From the NCBI GenBank assembly GCA_963837215.1, contig CAWIML010000009.1, positions 490,883 to 554,882 on the forward strand: 64,000 bases of DNA. Direction: 5' to 3'. Origin of the DNA: an uncultured Chloroflexia bacterium. GTDB lineage: Bacteria; Chloroflexota; Limnocylindria; Limnocylindrales; CSP1-4. The notes beneath the pieces are model-generated. The model saw nothing but the letters and a program-made list of their open reading frames with translations, ran no database searches and was not told the origin of the DNA. This document shows, piece by piece, positions 1 through 10,867 of the stretch (positions within the stretch are counted from its first letter, which is position 1; each line of letters begins with the position of its first letter). The translations under genes and the position numbers were made by a program.

Positions 1-157
1 CGATGACGTCCGCCCGCACGCCGACGCTCGCCAGGTAGGCCGCCATGCGCGCGGCCTGGTCGCGTCCCTTCTTCGACAGTGGCCGGATGTCATCGGACTT
101 CGTCCAGGCCGCGGGGTCCCCGGCGTGCGCGTGGCGAAGGAGCAGCAGCTCCGTCAC
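1..157 (-). CDS. Histidine-phosphatase superfamily protein, SixA-like (5' part only; continues past the window start)
   Basis: Minus-strand translation from GTG at 157 reads VTELLLLRHAHAGDPAAWTKSDDIRPLSKKGRDQAARMAAYLASVGVRADVI, which contains the RHA/RHG catalytic-motif region. GAGGAG lies 6 nt upstream of the GTG. Confidence 0.65.
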   Translation of the reverse strand, partial: MTELLLLRHAHAGDPAAWTKSDDIRPLSKKGRDQAARMAAYLASVGVRADVI

Positions 158-240
158 CGTTGTCTCCTCGACCGACTGGCTGCGCGCCGAGTCGGCGACG
201 CCGGGGAAGAGGACGCGCGTTTGCTGGTCTGTCGGGGTCG

Positions 241-987
241 TCAGGGGTTGAGGTCCTCGATCCGGCCCGTGGCGAGGAAGACGATGTCCTCGGCGATGTT
301 GGTGACGCGATCGCCGATGCGCTCGAGATAGTGTGCGGCGAAGAGGATGCGCGTGCCGCGGTCCACGTTGTCGGGATCCTGGCGCATGAGGGCCACGACG
401 TCGTCGAAGATCCGGTGGTAGAGGTCATCGATCTCGTCGTCCACGGCAGCCACGCGCCGGGCGTCCTCGACGTCGATGTCGACGAGGGCGTGGAGGATGC
501 CGCGGACCTGATCGGCGACCAGCGATCCGAGTCGAGGCAGGTCCACGTAGCCCTTGAGCGGCGGGTGCGGCGCCAGCTTCCGGACCTGCTTGGCGACGGA
601 CGACGCGTGGTCGCCCATCCGTTCCAGCTCATAGGTCACGTGATCGAGCGTCAAGAGGAATCGGAGATCGCGGGCGACCGGTCCCTGCGTCGCGATGGCC
701 AGGGTGATGATCGACGAGACCTCGACCTGGACCTCGTTGATGTGTCGGTCGCCGACGATGACATCGGTCGCGGCCGCCTCGTCGTGTGCCGTGAGGGCGT
801 CGATGGCCTTGCGGATCTGGATCTCGACGATGGAGCCCATGCGCAGGACACCGTCCTTGGCCTCACGCATCTCCCGATCGAGCGGGGCGCGAGCGGCGTC
901 CGAGAGTGACGGCTGCCCCTGGCTGGGTTGGCCGTTGGCGGCGGGAGCCGGGACCGGCCCCGTTGACGCGCGATCGAGCTCGCTCAT
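241..987 (-). CDS. phoU: Phosphate signalling complex protein PhoU
   Basis: This is the C-terminal 248 aa of the 850-aa track ORF, starting MSELDRAST. It has the two PhoU repeats ([12 protein letters not shown] and [16 protein letters not shown]) and overlaps the pstB stop. Confidence 0.9.
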   Translation of the reverse strand: MSELDRASTGPVPAPAANGQPSQGQPSLSDAARAPLDREMREAKDGVLRMGSIVEIQIRKAIDALTAHDEAAATDVIVGDRHINEVQVEVSSIITLAIATQGPVARDLRFLLTLDHVTYELERMGDHASSVAKQVRKLAPHPPLKGYVDLPRLGSLVADQVRGILHALVDIDVEDARRVAAVDDEIDDLYHRIFDDVVALMRQDPDNVDRGTRILFAAHYLERIGDRVTNIAEDIVFLATGRIEDLNP

Positions 988-1884
988 CCGAAGCGCCCCG
1001 AGACGTAGTCGTCGGTCAGCTGGTGCTTGGGCTGGGTGAAGATGCGCGCCGTCTCGTCGGCCTCCACGATGTAGCCGGCACGATCCTCGCCCATGGTCAT
1101 GAAGACCGTCCGGTCCGAGGCCCGTGCCGCCTGCTGCATGTTGTGGGTCACGATGACGATGGTATAGCGCGACTTCAGCTCCCGGATGAGGTCCTCGATC
1201 TGGAGCGTGGCCCGGGGATCGAGCGCGGAGCATGGCTCGTCCATGAGGATGATCTCTGGCTCCGTGGCGATGGCCCGGGCGATGCACAGGCGCTGCTGCT
1301 GGCCACCCGAGAGGGCCATGCCCGACTCCTTCAGCTTGTCCTTGACCTCGTTCCACAGGGCGGCCCGCTCGAAGACTCGTCTGCACAAGCTCATCGAGGT
1401 CGCCCCTGAAGCCGTTGATCCGAGGCCCGAAGGCGACGTTCTCGTAGATCGAGCGCGGGAACGGGTTCGGCTTCTGGAAGACCATGCCGATCCGACGCCG
1501 CACCTCCACCGCGTCCACGGCCGGTCCGTAGAGATCGACGTCGTCGAACGTGATCCGGCCTTCGACGCGGAAGCCGGGCACCAGGTCGTTCATCCGGTTG
1601 ATGGTCCGCAGCAAGGTCGTCTTGCCGCAACCGGATGGCCCGATGAGTGCGGTCACGGCGTTCCGGCCGACCACCAGGTCGACATCGCGGACGGCCGTGA
1701 AGGCGCCGTAGCTGAGGCTCACGCGCTCCATGGCGATGACCACATCCTCGGGGATGCTCGGCTCGGCGCCCACCGCCTGCGTCGGTGTGGGGATGCGCGG
1801 GAGGACAGGCTGGGGGGCATCCGCCGACTCGACGCCAGGAGCGACGGCGTCGTCCGATGTCACGGGCGGAGAGGTGACGGTCAT
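984..1884 (-). CDS. pstB: Phosphate ABC transporter ATP-binding protein PstB, with one frameshift near 1370
   Basis: The N-terminal part (MTVTSPP...[20 protein letters not shown]...[23 protein letters not shown]) is in the frame of ORF 241..2793. The C-terminal part ([11 protein letters not shown]...[14 protein letters not shown]...[12 protein letters not shown]) is ORF 984..1394. The length of 901 nt is not a multiple of 3. Confidence 0.85.
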
Positions 1885-1895
1885 GGAAGGTTCCT

Positions 1896-2793
1896 CTACC
1901 ACTGGATGTGCCTCGAAAGGCGGATGCGCAGCACGACGGCCAGGATGTCGAGGATGACCAGGAGGACGAGCAGCACGATGATGGTCGCGGCCGCCAGCCC
2001 CTGGAAGTCCGCCTGTGGACGGCTCGCCCAGTCGAAGATCTGGATCGGCAGGACGGTGTAGCCGCCCTCCAGCGGGCTCGGCAGGAAGGTCACGAAGCCG
2101 ACGGCCCCGACGAGGATGAGCGGCGCGGCCTCGCCGATCGCGCGGGCCACGGCCAGGATGATGCCGGTCAGGATGCCGGCGGCGGCCGATGGCAGGACGG
2201 CGCCTCGGACCACCTGCCAGCGAGTCGCGCCGAGCGCGTAGGCGGCCTCGCGCTGCGTGCTGGGCACCGCTCGCATGGCCTCCATCGAAGTGATGATGAC
2301 GACCGGCAGGATGAGCAGCGCCAGGGTCAGCGCGCCGGAGATGAGCGTATAGCCGAGCGACAGCGTGCGAACGAAGATGGCCAGGCCGAAGATGCCGTAG
2401 ATGATCGAGGGCACGCCCGAGAGATTCGAGATGTTCGTGCGAAGGAGCCGGTTGAGGCGCGGTGTCCTTGGCGTACTCCTCGAGGCTGATGGCGGCCGCC
2501 AGGCCGATCGGAAAGGCCACCACGCACGTGATCGCCACCAGCTGGATGCTGCCGACGAGCGCGGGCAGGATGCCCGCCTGGGTCGGTCGGCGCGAGGGCG
2601 TGCCGGTGAGGAAGTCCGGATTGAGCCACGGCACGCCGAGGACGAAGACGTCGACCAGCAGGATCAGGATGGCCAGGAGGAGGATGGCCACGGCCAGGAT
2701 GCACAGGCCGTAGAAGGCCGTTCCCTTGAGCTTTCGGCGCCCGATGTTGGGCACGAAGCGGGGGGCGGCGACCGGCGGCGCGGCAGCGGACAT
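1896..2793 (-). CDS. pstA: Phosphate ABC transporter permease PstA, with one frameshift near 2459
   Basis: The N-terminal part (MSAAAPP...LEEYAKDTA) must be joined to [26 protein letters not shown]... (ORF 1896..2414) after a 1-nt shift. The start overlaps the pstC stop as TGATG. Confidence 0.85.
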
Positions 2794-3701
2794 CAGTAGT
2801 GCGTCCGGTAGCGGCGGACGATCCGCTCGCTCAGGATGTTGAGGCCGAAGGTGATGACGAAGAGCGTGGCACCCACCGCGAAGAGCGACTGGAACTGGAT
2901 CGACGTGGACGGCGTGTCGCCCAGGCTCACGGCCGCGATGAAGACGGTCATCGTCTCCACGCTCTGGCGCGGATCGAAGGTCAACTGGGGGTTGGTCCCG
3001 GCCGCCAGGTAGACCGCCATCGTCTCACCAGCCGCTCGCGAGACCGCCAGGATGAGCGACGCCGCGATGCCGGAGATGGCGGCGCGGAAGACGACCGAGC
3101 GGATGACTTCCCACTTGGTCGCCCCCATGGCATACGCGCCCTCCCGCAGTGACCGTGGGACGGCGCGCATGGCATCGTCCGAGAGGGACGTGATCAGCGG
3201 CGTGATCAGGATGCCAACGACGATCCCGGCCGCCAGGGCGGAGAACCCGCCGATGCCCGGGATGAGCGGCTTGAGCACGACCGGGGTCAGCCAGTTGATG
3301 GCGAAGAAGCCGAGCACGATGGTCGGGATACCGGCGATCGCCTCGAGGATGGGCTTGACGGTGTTACGGGTCCGATCCGAGGCGTACTCGGCGAGGAAGA
3401 CCGCCGCCAGCAGCCCGAGCGGCGCGCCGACGACCATGGCGATGCCGGCCACCACGAAGGTGCCCGCCACGAGCGGCAGGATGCCCCAGGCATACGGCGT
3501 GATCGACGCCGACCATTTCGTGCCGGTCAGGAACTCGACGATGCTGACCTGGGTGAAGAAGCCGATGGTCTGGTAGACGAGCACGACGACGATGCCGATC
3601 GTCGTCACGACTCCGACCAGGGCGGCCGCGGAGAGCCCGAGCTCGATGATGCGTTCGCTCTTCGGCCGTCGAGCGACGAGGTCGCTGGCCGTGGTCGTCA
3701 T
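2793..3701 (-). CDS. pstC: Phosphate ABC transporter permease PstC
   Basis: Intact 302-aa ORF. It is a polytopic permease with the EAA-type loop ([25 protein letters not shown]). Confidence 0.9.
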   Translation of the reverse strand: MTTTASDLVARRPKSERIIELGLSAAALVGVVTTIGIVVVLVYQTIGFFTQVSIVEFLTGTKWSASITPYAWGILPLVAGTFVVAGIAMVVGAPLGLLAAVFLAEYASDRTRNTVKPILEAIAGIPTIVLGFFAINWLTPVVLKPLIPGIGGFSALAAGIVVGILITPLITSLSDDAMRAVPRSLREGAYAMGATKWEVIRSVVFRAAISGIAASLILAVSRAAGETMAVYLAAGTNPQLTFDPRQSVETMTVFIAAVSLGDTPSTSIQFQSLFAVGATLFVITFGLNILSERIVRRYRTHY

Positions 3702-3780
3702 GCGCTCATCCTACGTCGCACGAAGCGGCCCGGATGGGGCCGGGCCGCTTCGCAGGAGGAGTGGTGAAGGTGCGATCCGA

Positions 3781-4824
3781 TCAGTTCCCCGTTGCAGCCG
3801 CCAGCGCCGCCAGCGACGCCTGCAGGTCCGCGTCTGGCATCTCGACATAACCGACTTCAGGGGCAAGCGTTGCGACATTGGCGAGGTAGTACTCGAAGAA
3901 GGCCGCGACCTCCGGCCGGGCGAGGGCCGCCATCGACGGGTAGACGTAGAGCGGGCGCGAGAGCGGCGTGTAGGTGCCGTCACGAACGGTGTCCGGCGAA
4001 GGTGTGACACAGCCGCTGCCGCCATCGACCGGTACGATCTTGAGCTTGTCCGTGTTCTCGGCATAGTAGGCATAGCCGAAGTAGCCGATCCCGTTGGGGT
4101 CGCCGGCGACGCCTGCCACCAGCTGGTTGTCGTCCTCGGAGAAGGTGCCCGCTTGTGTGCTGGCATCCAGCTCGCCGTTGATCTCTTCGGTGAAGTAGTC
4201 GAAGGTGCCCGAGTCGACGCCCGGCTGGTAGGTCTTGATCGGATCTGCCGGCCAGCCGGAGCGGATGTCGGCCCAGGTCGTCTCGGCCGTGGCCGAGGGA
4301 CCGAAGATGGCACTCAGTTCGGCCACCGTCAGGCAGTCGACCCAGTCATTCGCGGAAGGGACGACGACGCTCAGGCCGTCGTAGGCGACCTTCAGCTCGG
4401 CGTACTCGATGCCGGCTTCCTTGCACAGCGTGGCCTCCGACTTGGCTTCCGGCGTGTCCTCGGTCTTGATCGGGCGCGACGCGTCGTTGGCGTCGGTCTC
4501 GCCGGCACAGAACTTCTTGAAGCCGCCGCCGGTGCCCGAGAGGGCCACGGCTGCCTTGACATCCGGGTTGGCCCTCTGGAAGTCCTCGGCAACGGCCGCG
4601 GTGATGAGGTAGACGGTGCTCGAGCCATCGATGGTCACGGTGCCCGAAAGCGCTTCGCCTTCCGCTGTCGGTGCCGCGGTGGAACCTGGCTCGGTCGTGG
4701 CGCCGCCGGCCGACGGCGACGCGCCGCCAGGCGAGCAGGCGGCCACGAGCAGGACGCTGCCGATGGTCAGCGCGGCGAAGCGCGCACGGCGAGGCAGGGC
4801 ACGGGTGCGTTGCGTATCGTTCAT
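3781..4824 (-). CDS. pstS: Phosphate-binding lipoprotein PstS
   Basis: Intact 347-aa ORF with a lipoprotein signal peptide (LLVAAC) and periplasmic phosphate-binding fold motifs (DGSSTVY, SGTGGGF). It is the first gene of the pstSCAB-phoU operon. Confidence 0.9.
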   Translation of the reverse strand: MNDTQRTRALPRRARFAALTIGSVLLVAACSPGGASPSAGGATTEPGSTAAPTAEGEALSGTVTIDGSSTVYLITAAVAEDFQRANPDVKAAVALSGTGGGFKKFCAGETDANDASRPIKTEDTPEAKSEATLCKEAGIEYAELKVAYDGLSVVVPSANDWVDCLTVAELSAIFGPSATAETTWADIRSGWPADPIKTYQPGVDSGTFDYFTEEINGELDASTQAGTFSEDDNQLVAGVAGDPNGIGYFGYAYYAENTDKLKIVPVDGGSGCVTPSPDTVRDGTYTPLSRPLYVYPSMAALARPEVAAFFEYYLANVATLAPEVGYVEMPDADLQASLAALAAATGN

Positions 4825-4858
4825 GGGTCGGAGTCTCGGGCGAGTGCGTCAACGCACC
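4804..4858 (-). promoter_or_regulatory. Inverted repeats around the pstS start codon: a 9-bp stem (4804-4812 pairing with 4850-4858) and a 14-bp palindrome GTGCGTCAACGCAC (4844-4857)
   Basis: Read directly: ggtgcgttg at 4804-4812 is the reverse complement of caacgcacc at 4850-4858. The 37-nt loop contains the pstS ATG (4822-4824). Confidence 0.4.
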
Positions 4859-4985
4859 GTTTTCTTGTCATGTCCGGCGTGTTAACGATGGCCCTGGCTC
4901 GCGGAACGCGGATGGGGTGGGATACTGCCCCTCCCCGGATGACCATGGATCCGGCCGGTGCCCGACCGACAAGGAGCTTCCCGAG

Positions 4986-5507
4986 ATGCCCAAGCACAAG
5001 TCAGGCGGCGATGCCACCGGCACGGCGGTGGCCGAGACACCCGGCCCGAAGCCGTCCAAGGCTGAGCGTGCCGCCGCCAAGGCTGAGCGTGCCGCCGCCA
5101 AGGCCGAGGCTGCGGCAACCGCGAAGGCCGCAGCCAAGGCCGCCCGGGCCGAGCGGAAGCGGCTCAAGAAGGTCGCCGAGCTCGAAGAGCAGCTGGACAC
5201 TGCGAAGGAGCTCCAGGCCGCCGTCAACGCCCTGGTCGCCGCCATCCGCTCCGACCTGGCCGCCGCCCGGCGCCCCGCTGGGTCCGGGGGCTCGAAGGCA
5301 ACCCCTACGAAGGCCGCCGCCACGAAGGCCGCCGCCACGAAGGCCGCCGCCACGAAGGCCACCGCGTCGAAGGCCCGACACGCCACGGACGCGGCGTCCG
5401 CGCACCGCCTCGACGACCGTCCGACGAGCACCCCGGAAGCCAGCCAGCTGACTCGTCGCGTGCTCAGCCGGGCGCTCGTAGCCCCGCCTGTCATCCTTGA
5501 GGCATGA
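4986..5507 (+). CDS. Ala/Lys-rich repeat protein, histone-H1-like and low complexity, translationally coupled to ppx
   Basis: ATG at 4986. The sequence reads MPKHKSGGDATG...KAERAAAKAERAAAKAEAAATAKAAAKAARAERKRLKK...TKAAATKAAATKAAATKATASKAR. Its stop overlaps the ppx ATG (ATGA at 5504-5507). Confidence 0.65.
   Translation: MPKHKSGGDATGTAVAETPGPKPSKAERAAAKAERAAAKAEAAATAKAAAKAARAERKRLKKVAELEEQLDTAKELQAAVNALVAAIRSDLAAARRPAGSGGSKATPTKAAATKAAATKAAATKATASKARHATDAASAHRLDDRPTSTPEASQLTRRVLSRALVAPPVILEA
5056..5097 (+). repeat. Perfect 21-bp x2 in-frame tandem repeat (ccaaggctgagcgtgccgccg), with a degenerate third copy
   Basis: Read directly. It encodes (AKAERAA)x2 inside the Ala/Lys-rich gene. Confidence 0.9.
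5307..5381 (+). repeat. 15-bp tandem repeat (acgaaggccgccgcc): 3 perfect copies plus 2 degenerate copies
   Basis: Read directly. It encodes (TKAAA)x3, then TKATA and SKAR. Confidence 0.9.
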
Positions 5508-6500
5508 GGCCGCCCGAGGTCATCGCCGCCGTCGACATCGGCAGCAACAGCGCTCACCTGCTCGTCGCGCTCGTCGACCACCGCACGGTGACGTCGTTGG
5601 CCGATGAGAGCGCCCTGCTCGGCCTGGGCGGGATCGTCGATCTCGAGGGACGCCTGCCCTTCGCTGCGCGGGCCGCCCTCATCGACGCACTCGAAGGCTT
5701 CGCCACCACCGCCCGGCGCTGGCACGCCCACGAGTTGCTGCTGCTGGGCACGGAGCCCTTCCGGCGCGCCGCCGATGCAGGTGAGGTCTCCGACATGGTG
5801 CTCGGCCGGATCGGCCAACCGATCGTCGTCCTCGACCATGCCGAGGAGGCGGAGCTGACGCTCCTCGGGGTCACCCGCGGCGCGCCGTTGGAAGCCCCGC
5901 TGCTCGTCGTGGACATCGGTGGCGGCTCGACCGAAGCCGTCTTCGAGAGCCCGGGAGAGGCGCCACGAACGTTCATCATCGCGACCGGCTCGAATCGCCT
6001 GACCCAGACCTGCGACCCGGCCGATCCGCCGATGCCCGCCGACCGCGAGCTGTTGGCCGTCCGGGCCCGCGAGCTGCTCGACGGGGCACCGGGCCGGAAT
6101 CCGTCTCGAGCGGTCTTCGTCGGCGGCACGCGCGACCAACCTGGCTCGGGTCGTGACCGGGGTCCGCGGCGGCGACCCGTCGGCGCCGGAAGCGACGATG
6201 ACCCGTGTGGGCATCGAGCAGGCCATCCACGAGATCGACCGAGCGCCGGCCGCGGTCATCGCCGAGCGTCACCGGCTGACGCCGACGCGCGCCCGCCTGC
6301 TGCCGGCCGGGGCCGCCCTGATGCTGGCGTTCATGGAACGCTACGAGCTCGAGGCCGTCGAGGTCAGCGAGGCGAGCCTGCGCGAAGGTGCCGTCCTTGC
6401 CATGCGCCAGGCGGGCCCGGCATGGCGGTCCCAGCTGACCGCGCTGACCGCCGGCTGGCCGGATGCGGAGGTGCCTGCCCTGCCCGCCGGGGAGGGCTGA
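5504..6500 (+). CDS. ppx: Ppx/GppA family exopolyphosphatase, with one frameshift near 6130
   Basis: The N-terminus (IAAVDIGSNSAHLLVA...VVDIGGGSTE...AVFVGGT) is ORF 5504..6526. After a 1-nt shift it continues ATNLARVVTG...RARLLPAGAALMLAFMERYELEAVEVSEASLREG (ORF 6153..6500). Confidence 0.85.
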
Positions 6501-6512
6501 TCCGGACCTCGG

Positions 6513-8626
6513 TCAGAGTGCGCTGACAGCCCGACCGAGGGCCCGCCGGAAGCTCTCGGCAGCGAGGGGACGCCACGCGGCTGGCAGCGATCGTCGCAGG
6601 CGCGCCACGTCGCGATCGCGGGCGCCCAGGTAGCGGCCGACGGCTTCGATGGTCGGTGGCGGCAGGCGCGCCGCCGAAGCGACCAGGAACTCACGTGCCA
6701 GCCGTGCCGCCACGTCGGCGTCGTTGAGCAGGCCGAGGTGGTCCTGGAGCCGGGTCACCCGCTCGATGAGCGACCCGGACTCCGGGCCGAGCACCTCGCG
6801 GAAGAACTCCAGCGAGTAGCGCAGCCGCTTGCTTGCGATGCGGAGCTGGTGGATGGTGGCGACATCTGCCCAGGCCAGCGTCGCATCGTAGGCCCGGACC
6901 TGCTCGTAGGCGCCCCAGATACGGCTGGTCGCGGTGTCGCGGACGCGGCTCGGCTGCGTGGCGTCGACGGGCCGCGCGGCGGCGTCCTCGGTCTCGACGA
7001 AGGCGAGGTAATCGTCGACGAAACGGCGATAGGCGCCGGAGTCGAGCATCGAGACCATCTCCATGCGTGCCGTCTCACGCTGTTCCTGCCAGGCGACCGC
7101 GAGCGGCTGGAGCGCCTCGCCCTCGTCGGCCGGCTGGGTCGCGACGTAGGCGGCCAGGTTCTCGAGCAGGACGTCGAGGTCACGGACCGCGCCGAGGCTG
7201 GATGCGACCGCGCGCAGCTCGCGAACGTAGCGACGTTCCGCCCTTGGCCTGTACGCGTCGCCGAAGAGGCGCCACGCGGCCCGCATGCGTCGGGTCGCGA
7301 CGCGCATGCGATGGAGGTCTTCCATGTCCTCCCCACTCCGCGTGCCTGCCTCGCGGTCGAGCATGCGCGCGAAGTGGAAGCGGAGGATCTTCCGACCGGC
7401 CTCGGCCAGCGGGTCGCCACCGGCCACGCCGGGGGTGCGGCCGCTGACCAGCCGCGGCTCACCCGAGGGTTGCGGGGTCGCGCTCTGACTCCGACTCCGC
7501 CCCGGCCCCGGCCTCGTCATCGAGGAGGACCGCTTCGAAGGCTGGCAGGTCATCGTCGCTGTGGGGGGCGACCATGGCGGTCAGCTCGGCCGTCAGGAGC
7601 CGCTCGACGGCGGCATCCTCTCGATCGAAGGTCCGGTCACCGTCCCGGCTCCCATCCCCGTCGGTATGTCCCTCGGTGACGTGCCGCGCCTCGCTCCCCG
7701 GACGCGATCGCGCCGGCGGTGTCGTGTCGGGGTCGACCCGCGCCTCGGCGATGACTGGCCGGACGTCCGTCGTTTGGACCCGTTCGCCCTCGGCTTCGGC
7801 CTCTGCTTCGGCCCTAGCTTCGGCCTCGGCCTTGGCTTCGTCGTCCGCCCCGGCTGCGGCTTTCGCGTCGTCCGCCTCCGCCTCGTCGTCGGGTTCTGTC
7901 ACGTCGTCCGCCTCGGCGGGCGTCGGCTCCACGAGCGCCGGCGTATACGCCGACGGGACGTCGATGCCGGCGCGAGCCAGCAGGGTCAATGCGGCCTCGA
8001 GCTTGGACGCTGGCGCGTCGTCCACGACGCCGCTCCCCTCGAGCATCTCGGCCACGCTGTCGAGCAGGTTGTCGTCGCCGCCCTTCATCTCGATCTCCAG
8101 CGCACCGAAGCGCCCGATGGATCGGCCGCCGTGCTCCACGCGGACGTCGTCGAGGCTCAGGATCGCCCAGCCGCTGGTGCCGCGAAGCTCTCGTTCCCTG
8201 CGCGTCTGCCGGAGGGTGAAGCGCTCCTCGAGGGGCGCCTCGCCGACGAGCGCCGCGAGCCGCGCGCGCGCGGCCGACTCGGGCCACTCGGCGGGATCCA
8301 GGCTCTCGGTCGCCGGCCCGGTCCACTCGATCCGCCGGCGCAGGGAGCCGCCCTGCGGTCGGCGCCCTGACTTCGGGCTCGACGGCCACGTCGTCGAGGG
8401 ACTTGAGGTCGAGGCTGGTGCCGGAATCGGTGGTTCGCAGTCGGGCGTTCCAGCCCTCCGTCTCCAGGTGCAGGTCGGCGGTGTCGATGTAGCGATCGAT
8501 GACCTCGACGGTGCCCCAGGGCCCGACGACGAGGTCGCCGAAGCGGTCGCCGTCGAGCAGCCGTTCGATGGCCTCCGGGTCCCGAACGCCATATTTGAGC
8601 TCGACCTCGACCGGGCTGCCCGTCAT
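6513..8626 (-). CDS. CYTH and CHAD domain protein with a long acidic linker; two frameshifts (~8360 and between 7462 and 7553)
   Basis: The CYTH start is [14 protein letters not shown] (ATG at 8626), followed by ...GGSLRRRIEWTG...FGALEIEMKGG. Next comes an Asp/Glu/Ala-rich linker (AEADDAKAAAGADDEAKAEAEARAEAEAEAE). The CHAD domain follows (GRKILRFHFARMLDRE...DLHRMRVATRRMRAAWRLF...IHQLRIASKRLRYSLEFF). Confidence 0.8.
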
Positions 8627-10735
8627 GCGAACTCCGACTCCCCGCCCGAGAGGGCCTCGCGCTTGAAGGCTCTCGAAGGTGTCCAGGCCCGTCGGCGCCT
8701 CGAGCTGCCACTCGACCCGCTGCCAGCGCTCATCGGAGCCGAGTTCCCAGGCGCGGCGATCGTCCGTGAGCATGACCTCGAGGATGCGGTCGAGGCGCGC
8801 CTTGTTGGCCGGGTCGAGGACCGGAGCGACCGCCTCGACCCGGCGGTCGAGGTTGCGGTCCATCATGTCGGCCGACCCGATCCAATGCGTGGCCCGCTCG
8901 CCGCGACCGAAGCGCAGGATGCGCGAATGCTCGAGGAAGGGACCGACGATCGAGCGGATGCGGATCCGTTCGCTGACGCCTTCGACGCCCGGTCGCAGCG
9001 CGCAGCCTGCCCGGACGATGAGGTCGATGGGCACGCCGGCCTGGCTCGCGCGGCAGAACTCGGCGATGATGCCCGGGTCCACGATCGCGTTCAGCTTCAT
9101 GGTGATGTAGCCGTCGCCGTGGCTCTGCTGCCGCTCGATCTCGCCCGCGACGAGCTCCTCGATGCGAGCGCGCAGGCTGACCGGCGCCACCAGCAGCCGG
9201 CGGAAGTGGCGCTGCCGCGAGAGGCCGGTCAGGAAGTTGAAGAGGTCGGTCACGTCGGCTCCGATCTCCTCGTCGCAGGTCAGCATCCCGAGGTCTGCGT
9301 ACAGCCGGGCCGTCTTGTGGTTGTAGTTGCCCGTCCCGATGTGCACGTAGCGTCGAAGACCGCCGCCCTCGCGGCGCACGATGAGCGCGAGCTTGGAGTG
9401 CGTCTTGAGCCCGACCAGGCCGTACACGACGTGGGCGCCGGCACGTTCCAGGGTGCGGCCCCAGACGATGTTCGCCTGCTCATCGAAGCGGGCCTTGATC
9501 TCGACCAGGACGACGACCTGCTTGCCTGCCTCGGCCGCCCGGATGAGCGCCTTGAGGATCGGCGAGTCGCCTGATGTCCGATAGAGCGTCATCTTGATGG
9601 TCAGCACGTCCGGGTCGCTGGCCGCCTGCTCGATGAAGCGCTGGACCGAACCGACGAACGACTCGTAGGGATGGTGGACGAGCAGATCGCCGGCGCGTAC
9701 GACCGCGAAGACGTCCGCCTCCTCGTCCTCGTCGTGGGGCAGCAGCCGGGCCGGGATGACCGGGTGCCAGGGCTCGCGCTGGAGCTCGGGGATGTCGAGA
9801 TCGGCGATCGTCTCCAGGGCGCGCAGGTCGAGCATGCCGGAGATCTCGTAGACGTCCTCCGGTCCGACTTCCAGGCCGCGGCGCAGGATGGAGCGCGTCT
9901 CGGTCGGCATCGAGCGCTCGACCTCGAGGCGAACGGCCTCGCCGAAACGGCGTCGCCGCAGCTCCTCCTCGATGGCCAGGAGCAGGTCGTCCGCCTCGTC
10001 CTCCTCGATCGCCAGGTCGGCGTTGCGCGTGACGCGGAAGAGGTGATGCTCGACGATCTCCATGCCCGGGAAGAGCGCATCGAGGTTGGCCGCGATGATC
10101 TGCTCCAGCAGGATGTAGGTCCGGACGCCGACCTCGACCAGGCGCGGCAGCACCTCGGGCACCTTGATGCGCGCGAAGTCCCGCTCCCCGGTCTCCGGGT
10201 CGCGGACGGTCACGGCAAGCGAGAGCGTGAGGTCGCTGATGTACGGGAACGGGTGCCCTGGGTCGACCGCAAGGGGCGTAAGGACTGGGAAGATCTGGTC
10301 GATGAACATCCGGCGCAGCTCGAAGTGCCGTTCGGGGCGTTCGTCGTAGCGCACGATGCGGATGCCTTGCTCGGCCAGCGCTTCGCGCACCTTGCCGAAC
10401 GACGAGCGTCTGCTCGCCGATGAGATCGAGCACCTTGCGACGGGCCTCGGAGAGCGTCTCTGCCGCGCTGCGGCCGTCTGGCGCGAGCTTCGAGTGGCCC
10501 GCCTCGATCTGCTGCTTGAGGCCGGCCACCCGGACCTGGAAGAACTCGTCGAGGTTGCTCGAGAAGATCGACAGGAAGCGCACGCGCTCGAGGAGCGGAT
10601 TGCGCTCATCGCTCGCCTCATACAGGACGCGCGCGTTGAAGTCGAGCCAGGAAAGCTCGCGATTGATGTACGGGACAGCGGCCGGGGCGGTCGGGCGCGG
10701 TCGACGGCGGGTCGCAGGCGGACGGACGGCGGTCA
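8623..10735 (-). CDS. ppk: Polyphosphate kinase 1, with two frameshifts (~10398 and ~8665)
   Basis: The N-terminal part is MTAVRPP...[19 protein letters not shown]...[23 protein letters not shown]. The core lies in the frame of ORF 7814..10621 (...[41 protein letters not shown]...). The repaired 3' end ([14 protein letters not shown]) stops at TGA 8623-8625 and overlaps the CYTH-CHAD ATG. Confidence 0.85.
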
Positions 10736-10867
10736 TGGGTGGTCGGTGTCTGGCCTCGTGGGCGGGGCTGCTTGCCACCATCCTACCGCGGCCACGTTGG
10801 GCGACGTCCATGACCCGTCGGTCAGGCGGCAGCGTGGGACCGGATTCCGTGACTCCCTGGCTCGCGC

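Noticed and set aside
241-2793. An 850-aa minus-strand ORF that looks like a single giant gene.
   Set aside because: It is a chimera. Only its last 248 aa (PhoU) and parts of pstB and pstA are read in their true frames. The rest is out-of-frame read-through made possible by high GC and the frameshifts in pstB and pstA.
5056-5381. Short tandem repeats that could be mistaken for a CRISPR array or a VNTR.
   Set aside because: The units are 15-21 bp, directly adjacent with no spacers, in frame, and encode the Lys/Ala repeats of a coupled ORF. No CRISPR-like repeat-spacer structure occurs anywhere in the window.
3592-5451. Long plus-strand ORF (619 aa) antisense to pstC and pstS. Similar very long antisense ORFs occur at 25898-27871 (-), 33906-36533 (+), 48402-50747 (-, in part), 55458-57992 (-) and 42817-45966 (-, in part).
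   Set aside because: Their translations are Arg/Pro/Gly/Ala-rich low-complexity sequence with no recognisable motifs. Each is fully overlapped by well-supported genes on the other strand or in another frame. Long stop-free antisense frames are expected at this GC content.
7814-10621. A 935-aa ORF suggesting a PPK-CYTH fusion protein.
   Set aside because: A frame change near 8665 removes the natural ppk stop. The repaired ppk tail ([14 protein letters not shown]) ends at a TGA that overlaps the CYTH-CHAD ATG at 8626. These are two coupled genes, not a fusion.
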